Source: Paludibacteraceae bacterium (GTDB taxonomy: Bacteria; Bacteroidota; Bacteroidia; Bacteroidales; Paludibacteraceae). From it: a stretch of 64,000 bases of DNA. A program made the translations under genes and the position numbers. Positions 55,066-64,000 of the stretch are shown here, piece after piece (within the stretch, counting starts at the first letter, position 1; the number at the start of each line of letters is the position of its first letter). The stretch is from assembly GCA_017557345.1 (NCBI GenBank), contig JAFYZR010000082.1, positions 57,315 to 121,314 of the forward strand, read 5' to 3'. Under the pieces are notes generated by a model, which did not search any database, was not told the DNA's origin, and worked only from the letters and a program-made list of their open reading frames with translations.

Positions 55066-58000
55066 ATGAAGAAATTTAACGAATATAAACGTTTGGATTT
55101 GCCTGCGTTGAGCCGAGAGGTTCTGGCGCAGTGGGAAGAGGAAAAATTATTTGAGAAAAGTGTCTCTACGCGTGAGGGACACGCACAGTTTTTGTTCTTT
55201 GAAGGACCTCCTTCAGCTAATGGAATGCCAGGTATTCACCATGTGATGGCGCGAACGATAAAAGATACGTTCTGCCGTTTCAAGACGATGCAAGGTTTCC
55301 AGGTTCGCCGTAAGGCGGGTTGGGATACGCACGGTCTGCCGGTAGAACTGGGGGTGGAGAAAATGCTGGGTATTACCAAAGAGGATATCGGCAAGAAGAT
55401 TTCGGTTGATGAATACAATGCCGCTTGTCGTCGTGAGGTGATGAAATATACCAAAGAATGGACCAACCTTACCAAGCAAATGGGTTATTGGGTCGATCTG
55501 GACAATCCGTATATCACTTACGATAACAAATATATCGAAACGCTGTGGTATTTGCTGAAGGAACTTTATAAAAAAGGCTATCTTTACAAGGGATATACCA
55601 TTCAGCCATATTCTCCAGCTGCCGGAACGGGTTTGTCGAGCCATGAATTGAACCAGCCAGGTTGTTATCGTGACGTTAAAGATCTTACCTGTACAGCGCG
55701 ATTCCATCTAAAAGATGGAAGATATATCATCGCATGGACCACAACACCTTGGACGCTTCCTTCCAATACAGCTCTTTGCGTCGGTCCGAAGATTGATTAT
55801 ATCGAAGTGCAAACCCCAGCAGGCGATCATGTTATTCTTGCTGAGGCTCGTTTGGATGCCTATAAGAAAGATTTGTGCGGAGTGGACGAAGAAGGTAACG
55901 TCCGTGAACCGGAAATCGTTTGGCGTGGCAAGGGTACAGACCTTTTAGGTCTGGAATACGATCCGCTTTTCCCGTGGGTTAATCCGGGTGAAGGTGCTTT
56001 CCGTGTTATTTTGGGTGATTACGTGACGACGGAAGATGGTACAGGTATCGTACATATCGCTCCTACTTTTGGTGCGGATGATAAGAAGGTGGGTGATGCA
56101 GCAGGTGTGCCGGGATTGTATATGCAGACCAAGAATTATGGTCCGCGACCTATGGTCGATTTTACCGGGAAGTACTGGAAAATAGAAGATTTGGATCCGG
56201 AATGGGTTAAAACCAACGTCAATACGGATTTATACGGAAAGTATGCCGGTCGCTTTGTGAAGAATGCTTACGACCCGAATCTGACGGAAAAAGACGAGAC
56301 GCTTGATTTGCATTTGTGCCTTGAGATGAAAGCCGATGGACGACTCCTTAGGACGGAAAAACATGTGCACTCTTATCCGCATTGCTGGCGTACAGACAAG
56401 CCGGTTATCTATTATCCGCTTGACTCCTGGTTCATCAAATCCACCATGGCACGGGATGAGATGATTTCGCTCAATCAGACGATTAACTGGCAACCGGAAT
56501 CCACGGGAACAGGCCGTTTCGGTCAATGGTTGAATAATCTCAACGACTGGAATCTCTCCCGCTCGCGTTATTGGGGCACGCCATTACCTATCTGGCGAAC
56601 AGAAGATGGCTCCGAAGAAATATGTATCGGTTCGATTGCAGAACTCTTCGCGGAAATTGACAAATCCGTCAAGGCCGGTTTCATGAAAGCCAACCCGTGG
56701 CCAAATCACAAAGTAGGCGATTATAGCAAGGAAAACTATGATCCATCGGTTATTGATTTGCATCGTCCGTATGTGGATTCGATAGTTCTTGTTTCGCCAA
56801 GCGGCAAGCCGATGAAACGTGAACTCGATCTGATTGACGTTTGGTTCGATTCGGGCGCTATGCCTTATGCCCAAAATCACTATCCGTTTGAGAATGCAGA
56901 TCTGCCTCGTACTGCCGATTTCATCTCCGAAGGAGTTGACCAAACGCGCGGATGGTTCTTCACCTTGCATGCTATCCATACGATGATTGAAGGTACGGTG
57001 GCTTATAAGAATGTCATTTCTAACGGACTGGTACTCGACAAAAACGGCAATAAGATGTCCAAACGTTTGGGAAATGCCGTTGATCCGTTTGGGGCTTTGG
57101 ATACTTATGGCGCAGATCCCGTTCGCTGGTATATGCTAACCAACTCCAGCCCTTGGGAAAATCTGAAGTTTGATCCCGAAGGTGTGGATGAAGTGCGCCG
57201 TAAATTCTTTGGAACGCTTTATAACACCTACGGATTCTTCGCATTGTATGCGAATGTGGATAACTGGACCGGTTTGGAATCGGAGCAAACCAAGCATGCG
57301 GAATATCAAGAAATAGATAAGTGGATTCTATCCAAACTTAATTCCCTTGTCAAAGAAGTAACAGAATCGTACGAAGCCTATGAGCCGACGAAAGCCGGAC
57401 GTGCTATCTCTGATTTTGTACAAGATGACTTGTCTAACTGGTACGTGCGTTTGAACCGCAAACGTTTCTGGGGCGGAGAAATGAATGCCGATAAGCAAGC
57501 GGCTTACGAGACACTTTATAGTTGTTTGAAGACCGTTGCTCAACTGATGGCACCGAATGCGCCATTCTATGCAGACCGTTTATATCGCGACTTAGTTGGA
57601 GAGACCGTTCACTTGAGCAATTGGCCAAAGGCCAATGAAGAACTCATAGATGCAAATCTTGAGCGTCAGATGTATCTGGCACAACAAGCCACTTCGATGA
57701 TCTTGAGTCTACGCAAACGGGCCGAGAAGAATGTTCGCCAACCATTGCAGAAAGCGGTTATTCCTACTCCGGATAAAGAGACAACCGATGCTTTGTTGCA
57801 TGTAGCCGATCTTATCAAGAGTGAAGTGAATGTGAAGGAATTGGTAATTGTTCCTGCCGAGCAATCCGAGATTCGTCTTGTCAAGAAAATCAAACCGCAA
57901 TTCAAAGTGCTTGGAAAGAAAGTAGGCGGTCAAATGAAAGCTCTTGCTGCGGCTATCGCAGAGATGAGTCAGGATGACATCGCCAAAATGGAAGCAGACG

Positions 58001-58389
58001 GACAATTCACGTTACTTGACTATACGCTTGTTCCGGAAGATGTAGAAATAGTAACAGAAGATATGCCCGGATGGTTGGTAAGCAATAACGGCATTTTAAC
58101 AATTGCTTTGGATATTGAATTGACGGACGAATTGATAGAAGAAGGAATCGCTCGAGAGCTGATCAACCGCATCCAGAATCTCCGTAAATCCAGCGGTTTG
58201 GAGATCACGGATCGTATTATTGTTACGTTGGAAGATCGTTCTGAAATTCATAATGCTGTGCTGCATTGTGGCGATTATATCGCTTCGCAAGTCCTGGCAA
58301 CCAAATTAGAACTTTCTACAACGGTTGCTAATAGTCAGCCTATCGAAATGGACGGATATAATGTGAATATTAACATTCAAAAGGTATAA
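55066..58389 (+). CDS. ileS: Isoleucine--tRNA ligase
   Basis: Start at ATG 55066 (MKKFNEYK...). PSANGMPGIHH (HIGH-type) and KMSKRLGN (KMSKS) motifs, ~1100 aa. Confidence 0.95.
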   Translation: MKKFNEYKRLDLPALSREVLAQWEEEKLFEKSVSTREGHAQFLFFEGPPSANGMPGIHHVMARTIKDTFCRFKTMQGFQVRRKAGWDTHGLPVELGVEKMLGITKEDIGKKISVDEYNAACRREVMKYTKEWTNLTKQMGYWVDLDNPYITYDNKYIETLWYLLKELYKKGYLYKGYTIQPYSPAAGTGLSSHELNQPGCYRDVKDLTCTARFHLKDGRYIIAWTTTPWTLPSNTALCVGPKIDYIEVQTPAGDHVILAEARLDAYKKDLCGVDEEGNVREPEIVWRGKGTDLLGLEYDPLFPWVNPGEGAFRVILGDYVTTEDGTGIVHIAPTFGADDKKVGDAAGVPGLYMQTKNYGPRPMVDFTGKYWKIEDLDPEWVKTNVNTDLYGKYAGRFVKNAYDPNLTEKDETLDLHLCLEMKADGRLLRTEKHVHSYPHCWRTDKPVIYYPLDSWFIKSTMARDEMISLNQTINWQPESTGTGRFGQWLNNLNDWNLSRSRYWGTPLPIWRTEDGSEEICIGSIAELFAEIDKSVKAGFMKANPWPNHKVGDYSKENYDPSVIDLHRPYVDSIVLVSPSGKPMKRELDLIDVWFDSGAMPYAQNHYPFENADLPRTADFISEGVDQTRGWFFTLHAIHTMIEGTVAYKNVISNGLVLDKNGNKMSKRLGNAVDPFGALDTYGADPVRWYMLTNSSPWENLKFDPEGVDEVRRKFFGTLYNTYGFFALYANVDNWTGLESEQTKHAEYQEIDKWILSKLNSLVKEVTESYEAYEPTKAGRAISDFVQDDLSNWYVRLNRKRFWGGEMNADKQAAYETLYSCLKTVAQLMAPNAPFYADRLYRDLVGETVHLSNWPKANEELIDANLERQMYLAQQATSMILSLRKRAEKNVRQPLQKAVIPTPDKETTDALLHVADLIKSEVNVKELVIVPAEQSEIRLVKKIKPQFKVLGKKVGGQMKALAAAIAEMSQDDIAKMEADGQFTLLDYTLVPEDVEIVTEDMPGWLVSNNGILTIALDIELTDELIEEGIARELINRIQNLRKSSGLEITDRIIVTLEDRSEIHNAVLHCGDYIASQVLATKLELSTTVANSQPIEMDGYNVNINIQKV

Positions 58390-58392
58390 GAA

Positions 58393-58884
58393 ATGAGAAA
58401 AATTTATTTATTTGCGCTTTTAACGCTGGTCGTATTTGCGTTTAGCAGCTGTGATGGTTTCGGAGGTAAAACGCCTGAGTATCATTTAAGCGATCTGCAA
58501 GGTTTATGGCAGGAGCAAAAGACGAATGCTCCTACTGAACATTATGTTCGCTTTACGGATGAGCAGGCAGACGATGATGGGTATTTCTTTGGCCGTGAAT
58601 GGGATGAAGCGGAAGATGTCTTTGAAAAAAACCTGTATGTTTATGTTAAAGATACAGCCGGAAACGACAGCCTGATTCATGGTAATGGTTGGTTTGAATA
58701 TCAATTAGAAATCAAAGGTGACTTGCATGAGATCCATTTTATGGACAATGGCGGAGCAGAGATTCCTAAAGAATATATCGTAGCTGTTCTCACAGACACA
58801 AAACTGGAGTATTACGAAAAGGATAGAAAGGATAGAAGATTCTATTTCAATCGAGTAGTTGAAGTTCCTGAAACGGCTGAGTAA
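58393..58884 (+). CDS. Lipoprotein, hypothetical
   Basis: MRKIYLFALLTLVVFAFSSCDG lipobox. Tightly packed between ileS and the AsmA-like gene. Confidence 0.55.
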   Translation: MRKIYLFALLTLVVFAFSSCDGFGGKTPEYHLSDLQGLWQEQKTNAPTEHYVRFTDEQADDDGYFFGREWDEAEDVFEKNLYVYVKDTAGNDSLIHGNGWFEYQLEIKGDLHEIHFMDNGGAEIPKEYIVAVLTDTKLEYYEKDRKDRRFYFNRVVEVPETAE

Positions 58885-61800
58885 ATGAAAAAAGCACTTA
58901 AAATTATCGGTTGGACGCTGCTAGGGATTGTCCTGACGGTTATTGCGGCAGTATGTATCGTCGTTTACGTTGTTTTTACCCCTGAACGTCTAACACCCAT
59001 TGCCCGTCAAGCAGCGGCACAATTCATTACCTGTGAACATGAGATAGGAGAAGTGGACTTGACCTTCTTCTCTACTTTTCCGCGTTTCGGGTTACGTGCA
59101 GATGGTTTGTTGCTTATCAATCCGAAATCCGGAGCACAGAATGACACCGTTGTTGCCGCGCCGCGTTTTGTAGCCACAGTGGATGTGATGGAGTTTTTGA
59201 AGAACAACAATCTGCATATTCATGAGGCTATTCTGGAGAACGCAGCAGTTAATTTTTATATCGCGTCGGACGGAACAACCAATTTGACGGATGTCTTTGT
59301 CTCTTCGCCCGATACGGTTGAAGAGGATACAACGGCATTCTCTTTGCCTTTCGATGAATTGCGTGTGGATGGGTTGCGCGTACATGCAAGAACCATTACC
59401 TTTGTTGACGACAAAGATACAATAAATGCATCGTTAGGAAAGACTGAACTATCAGCAAAAGCCGAGAATTGGGAAGACATGCTCATTACATTGGATGCCA
59501 ATGACGTATGCGCAGAACTCAAAGGGGAGAAATATGCGGAAGATCTGCATGTGGAACTGATTGCTCCAATGGCGATGAATCTTGATTCGATGCATTTTGC
59601 TTTTGATGGTGCACGTTTGGCAATAAATGACTTTGCGGTGCGTCTGGAAGGTGATGTAACGTTGGGAGAGGTTATCGATCTTGATGTGACATTAAGTACA
59701 GGCAAATGGCAAATCAAACCGCTGTTAGCTTTGGTTCCCAAAACCTTCACAGAAGGCCTTAAAGACTTGGATGTAGATGGCGAATTATCGTTGGATGCAA
59801 CAGCTCGCGGAATATACAGCGAGAACTCCATGCCGCTTGTCACGGCTCATCTGACGTTGAAGGATGGCGAGGGAAGTTACAAACCGCTACCTTACACCTT
59901 AAAGGACTTGAAATTGGATGCAGAGGCGGTACTTAATCTTAACAAAGGAAAGGTATCAAACGTCACAATCAATAGCCTGGCTGCCAAAACGAAAGAAACG
60001 AAACTGAGTGCAAAAGGAAAAATCAATGATCTCTTAGGCGACATGCTCATTGATTTGCAACTGAACCTTGCTGCCAACTTGCCGGATTTTGCATATTTCT
60101 TGCCTGAAAAAATGATTCTCAATGGTCGGACGAAAGGAAAAGCTGAGGCAAAAATTCGTTTGAATGATTTAACGGAAATGCGTTTGCATAAGGGTAAGAT
60201 TAGCGCTGATTTGGACTTGACGGATATTCATTACGCGATGGATTCAATGGTAGCTGACCTTCCATATACCCATGCGCTTATTCAAATTCCGAACAGCCAA
60301 CCTTCTAAAGCCAAGGTTAACTGGGCGCGCATCGATTTGGAGACCGAGAAAGTGGATTTCGAAATGGCAACGCCATTAACGGCTAAGTTAAAGAAATCAT
60401 CCATTCAACTGGAGGCCGGAAATGTATTGTCAAAAGATCCGGTTATCTATGCGGCGGTGGGCTTACAAACGGAGCGTCCTTTGGAAGTGGCGATGGATTC
60501 GATGGGAGGAACAATAGCTGCACCGAAGCTGACTGCATATGCCGAGTATAACACCAAAGATACCATCGGTTTGTATATTGCTCAAGTAGGCCTTCAATGC
60601 AACGCGTTAAACGGATTCTTCCAGGATATCAAAGCCGACTTGAGTGCCACGCAACTGGAAGCCTCAATGAGTGCGGGACGGTCTGTCAAAGCCAAACTGA
60701 AGACCAAAGGACTCAATGCTCGAATGGGTGATGAACTGAAAGCTAAACTTGGTTCGTTGGCGCTTGAAGCGAGTGCCCGATATAACAAGAGAGGAGAGAA
60801 TGCTCTCTTGAAATGGAATCCGCAATTGAAGATCGACTTGAAGAATGGTGACGTGGATATGCCAGACCGTTTGCCGGAAACGGTTCATATTCCTTCAATA
60901 GAGTTCAGTTACAATAACCGTGAGATGATTATCGATAACTCCCGTATTGAATTGGGTAACTCGGATCTTAATCTCAAAGGAAATGTCCGTAATATCGGCA
61001 ACTGGTTCCGCCATAAAGAGATCCTTGAAGGCGAATTGGCCATTGTTTCCAACCATTGTGATGTTAACCAGTTAATGGATTGGTTTAGTGCAGATGAGGG
61101 AAGCGAAGAGGAGACTCAACCGAAAGAAGAGACACCCAAAGAAGAAGCTCCTAAGTCTGAAAGTGATCCATTCTTGGTACCGACAGATGTAAACTTGGCA
61201 TTAACAACTCACATGCAAGAAGTGGTAGTGTTCAATCAAGTGGCAAAAGACCTAAAGGGTGGATTGTATATCAAAGATGGAACGCTCATTCTAGATGAAA
61301 TGGGATTTGTGTGCCGTGCCGCCAAGCTGCAATTAACAGCCATGTACCGTACACCGCGCAAAAACCATCTCTATCTGGGACTTGACTATCATATGATTGA
61401 CGTGGATATAGACGAATTGCTCTCGATGATACCGAATCTCGAACAAATGGTGCCGATGCTCAGCTCGTTTAAAGGTGCAGCGCAGTTCCATTTGGCAGCT
61501 GAGACTTATCTGAATAGCAAGTATGAGCCGAAGATGAGCACCCTTCGTGGCGCTGCTTCATTGACTGCAAAAGATCTTGTGGTGTTAGACGGAGAAACAT
61601 TCGACAAGATTGCTAAACTGCTGAAGTTCAAGAAGAAGACAGAGAACAAAATCGACTCTATCAATGCTGAAATGACCGTCTATAAGAACGAGATCGATGT
61701 TTACCCGCTTTGCGTCCAGATGGATAATTACATGGTGGCACTTGGCGGACGGCATAACACCGATATGACTTTCGATTATGACATCAATGTGCTGAGTCCT

Positions 61801-61974
61801 ATTTATCTCGGTGTGAACGTCAGTGGTAATATCGATGACTTGAAAATCAAACTCGCCAAATGTAAGTTTGCCCAGGATTTCAAACCGCATTGGTATCAAA
61901 AAACCGACACGCAATCCAAAGAACTGCGTGAGAGGATAAAGAAATCCATGGAGAAAAATGTGCGAATTCAATAA
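58885..61974 (+). CDS. AsmA/TamB-like family protein
   Basis: N-terminal TM anchor followed by a ~1000-aa beta-rich repetitive region, typical of AsmA-like envelope proteins. Confidence 0.55.
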   Translation: MKKALKIIGWTLLGIVLTVIAAVCIVVYVVFTPERLTPIARQAAAQFITCEHEIGEVDLTFFSTFPRFGLRADGLLLINPKSGAQNDTVVAAPRFVATVDVMEFLKNNNLHIHEAILENAAVNFYIASDGTTNLTDVFVSSPDTVEEDTTAFSLPFDELRVDGLRVHARTITFVDDKDTINASLGKTELSAKAENWEDMLITLDANDVCAELKGEKYAEDLHVELIAPMAMNLDSMHFAFDGARLAINDFAVRLEGDVTLGEVIDLDVTLSTGKWQIKPLLALVPKTFTEGLKDLDVDGELSLDATARGIYSENSMPLVTAHLTLKDGEGSYKPLPYTLKDLKLDAEAVLNLNKGKVSNVTINSLAAKTKETKLSAKGKINDLLGDMLIDLQLNLAANLPDFAYFLPEKMILNGRTKGKAEAKIRLNDLTEMRLHKGKISADLDLTDIHYAMDSMVADLPYTHALIQIPNSQPSKAKVNWARIDLETEKVDFEMATPLTAKLKKSSIQLEAGNVLSKDPVIYAAVGLQTERPLEVAMDSMGGTIAAPKLTAYAEYNTKDTIGLYIAQVGLQCNALNGFFQDIKADLSATQLEASMSAGRSVKAKLKTKGLNARMGDELKAKLGSLALEASARYNKRGENALLKWNPQLKIDLKNGDVDMPDRLPETVHIPSIEFSYNNREMIIDNSRIELGNSDLNLKGNVRNIGNWFRHKEILEGELAIVSNHCDVNQLMDWFSADEGSEEETQPKEETPKEEAPKSESDPFLVPTDVNLALTTHMQEVVVFNQVAKDLKGGLYIKDGTLILDEMGFVCRAAKLQLTAMYRTPRKNHLYLGLDYHMIDVDIDELLSMIPNLEQMVPMLSSFKGAAQFHLAAETYLNSKYEPKMSTLRGAASLTAKDLVVLDGETFDKIAKLLKFKKKTENKIDSINAEMTVYKNEIDVYPLCVQMDNYMVALGGRHNTDMTFDYDINVLSPIYLGVNVSGNIDDLKIKLAKCKFAQDFKPHWYQKTDTQSKELRERIKKSMEKNVRIQ

Positions 61975-61983
61975 ATGAATAGT

Positions 61984-64000
61984 ATGAAAAAATCAATCTT
62001 TTTAGGAGCAATTGCAATGACTATGCTTGCTTGTACAAGTTCCAATCCCTTGTTGGACCAGCCTAAAACGCCTTATGGCGTACCGGCTTTTGACAAAGTT
62101 GAATTAAAGCACTATCTTCCTGCTTTTGACAAGGCAATCGCAGAGCAAAAAGCAGAAGTAGATGCCATAGTGAATAATCCTGACGAGCCGACATTCGAGA
62201 ATACCATCGTTGCGCTTGATCGTTCAGGGCTTTTGCTCGACCGCGTTGTTGGTGTTTTCTTCAATGTGTTGGAAGCAGATGGCAATGACGATATGAACCT
62301 TATCGCTGAAACGGTATCACCGGTTTTGAGTGAATTGAGCGACGGTATCATTCTTAACGAGGAACTCTTCAAACGCGTTAAAGCCGTCTATGACCAGCGT
62401 GAGCAATTGGGTCTTAACTCAGAACAGATGAGACTCTTGACGGAGACCTATAAGAACTTTGCAGACAATGGTGCCAACTTGCCGCCAGAGAAGAAAGAGC
62501 GATTGATGGAAATCAACCAAGAGTTGAGCCTTCTGTCTTTGCGTTTTGGTAATAACGTGGTGGCAGAGACCAATGCTTGCCAGTATTTCGTAACGGACGA
62601 GGCACAACTGAAAGGTCTGCCTGAAGGCGCAAAAGCCGCTGCGGCTGAAGAAGCTGAGGCTGCCGGACATCCGGGAGAGTGGTTGTTTACGCCAAAGCGT
62701 ACCAGTTTCACCCCGGTTCTTCAATACTGCGAGAACCGTGATCTCCGTAAGAAACTTTTGACGGATTATACTACGCGAGCCAACCATGACAACGAGAATG
62801 ATAACAAAGCCATCATTATTCGCGAAATGGAGCTAAGAATAGAGAAGGCTAATCTGTTTGGTTATGATAATCCTGCGGATTACATCCTTGCTGACTGCAT
62901 GGCAAAGAATCATCAGACAGTAGATGCTTTCCTGCAATCTGTTTGGGATCCTTCCTTGGCTGCGGCTAAGCGCGAAGCGGCTGAATTACAAAAACTGCTT
63001 GATAAAGATCTTCCCGGAGAAAAACTCCAACCTTGGGATTGGTGGTATTATGCCGAGAAACTGCGCAAAGCGAAATATAACCTTGACGAAGAGGAACTGA
63101 AACCGTATTTTGAGTTGGATAATGTCCGCAAAGGTGCGTTTGGCGTTGCTACCAAACTGTATGGTGTGCAATTTGAAAAACTGGAAAACATGCCGGTTTA
63201 TAATCCTGATGTGGAGGTATTTAAAGTAACCGAAGCCGATGGTAGTCTTGTCGGCATTCTCTATACGGATTATTTCCCGCGTGCAGGTAAACGTCCGGGT
63301 GCTTGGATGAATCAAATTCTGCCCCAATACATCGATGCTGAAGGTGTAGATCATCGTCCCGTTATCATCAATGTAGGTAACTTCAATAAACCGACTGCAG
63401 GCAATCCGTCCTTGCTCTCTATGGATGATGTAGAAACGCTCTTCCATGAGTTTGGTCATGCTTTGCATGGTCTGCTCAGCAAGGCGCATTATAAGAGCCT
63501 CAGCGGTACGAATACTCCGCGTGATTTCGTCGAGTTACCAAGTCAGTTCATGGAGAACTATTGCTATGAACCGGAGGTGCTCAAGACTTATGCATTCCAT
63601 TACCAGACAGGTGAATTGATTCCGGATGAATTGATTGAGAAGATTAATAATGCTGGTAAGTTCAACCAGGGTTTTGTAACCACAGAGTTGCTTTCTGCTT
63701 CTATCCTTGACATGGATTTTCATGAGTTGACCACGGCAGAAGGACTGGATGTGAACGAATTCGAGGAACAAAGCCTGAAGAAAATGAATATGATTGATGA
63801 GATTATCGTGCGTTATCGTCCGACCTTCTACAATCATATTTTCACAACGGGCTACGAAGCCGGTTATTATAGTTATACTTGGGCAGCTGTCCTTGATGCA
63901 GATGCTTTTGCTGCATTCAAAGAGACAGGCAATCTGTTTGATGCCGAGACGGCTAAACGTTTCCGCCATTTGCTGGAGCAAGGCGGTACGCGTGACGCAC
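61984..64000 (+). CDS. dcp: M3 family metallopeptidase (peptidyl-dipeptidase Dcp-like), 3' end off window
   Basis: Absent from the ORF track because it has no stop in the window. ATG 61984 gives MKKSIFLGAIAMTMLACTSS (lipobox). An in-frame HEFGHALH zinc motif starts at 63445. Confidence 0.85.
   Translation, partial: MKKSIFLGAIAMTMLACTSSNPLLDQPKTPYGVPAFDKVELKHYLPAFDKAIAEQKAEVDAIVNNPDEPTFENTIVALDRSGLLLDRVVGVFFNVLEADGNDDMNLIAETVSPVLSELSDGIILNEELFKRVKAVYDQREQLGLNSEQMRLLTETYKNFADNGANLPPEKKERLMEINQELSLLSLRFGNNVVAETNACQYFVTDEAQLKGLPEGAKAAAAEEAEAAGHPGEWLFTPKRTSFTPVLQYCENRDLRKKLLTDYTTRANHDNENDNKAIIIREMELRIEKANLFGYDNPADYILADCMAKNHQTVDAFLQSVWDPSLAAAKREAAELQKLLDKDLPGEKLQPWDWWYYAEKLRKAKYNLDEEELKPYFELDNVRKGAFGVATKLYGVQFEKLENMPVYNPDVEVFKVTEADGSLVGILYTDYFPRAGKRPGAWMNQILPQYIDAEGVDHRPVIINVGNFNKPTAGNPSLLSMDDVETLFHEFGHALHGLLSKAHYKSLSGTNTPRDFVELPSQFMENYCYEPEVLKTYAFHYQTGELIPDELIEKINNAGKFNQGFVTTELLSASILDMDFHELTTAEGLDVNEFEEQSLKKMNMIDEIIVRYRPTFYNHIFTTGYEAGYYSYTWAAVLDADAFAAFKETGNLFDAETAKRFRHLLEQGGTRDA

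Noticed and set aside
59256-59843. 195-aa minus-strand ORF (and other minus ORFs at 59007-61971)
   Set aside because: Antisense to the continuous 1029-aa AsmA-like ORF.
62112-63981. Several minus-strand ORFs of 86-167 aa
   Set aside because: Antisense to the M3 peptidase gene. That gene is missing from the ORF track only because it has no stop in the window; its in-frame HEFGH motif confirms the plus-strand reading.
1-64000. CRISPR arrays, rRNA, tRNA, tmRNA
   Set aside because: I saw no 25-40-bp repeats with regular unique spacers. I also saw no tRNA-like GTTCRANYC/T-loop contexts and no rRNA-like stretches in intergenic regions. The short arrays present have 8- or 11-bp units with no spacers.

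Overview
This 64-kb segment reads as a Bacteroidales (Bacteroidota) chromosome. Most intergenic regions carry the Bacteroides-type -7 promoter box TAnnTTTG. There is a PorX-type REC+PglZ response regulator and a 3134-aa surface protein whose C-terminus looks like a T9SS sorting domain. Core genes recognised: ClC channel, obg, adk, HU, rhomboid, LMW-PTP, EEP phosphatase, porX, rluD, PASTA protein, gpmI, smpB, CNNM/CBS transporter, DUF5606, Nif3 plus its zinc-ribbon partner, CPBP protease, a TPR + beta-barrel pair, potABCD, PrsW, ileS, an AsmA-family protein and an M3 peptidase. Between rhomboid (6967) and LMW-PTP (21576) lies a ~14.5-kb accessory island with every gene on the minus strand. It holds a DUF3987-like gene, a DnaB-C-like gene broken by an in-frame TAA, an ADP-ribosylglycohydrolase, an AbiH-family gene 1 nt upstream of a leucine-rich-repeat/DEDDh-exonuclease fusion, a 977-aa multi-zinc-ribbon protein, a Sel1-repeat protein and two gene stubs. 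The best candidate for an undescribed system is the low-G+C block at 12.8-19.2 kb: 339-aa ORF, AbiH, LRR-exonuclease, LRR stub, 977-aa protein. A second, unexpected signal is a set of exactly 11-bp-phased repeat arrays of 3-5 units (four of the five have 5) at 2012, 7050, 7172, 32819 and 54691. One of them sits inside the 5' end of the giant adhesin ORF. Also notable are two in-frame fusions of a signal-peptide/TM-anchored module to GH88/105 and to PotC. I recognised no rRNA, tRNA, CRISPR array, integrase or transposase. All family calls come from motif recognition by eye; no searches were run.
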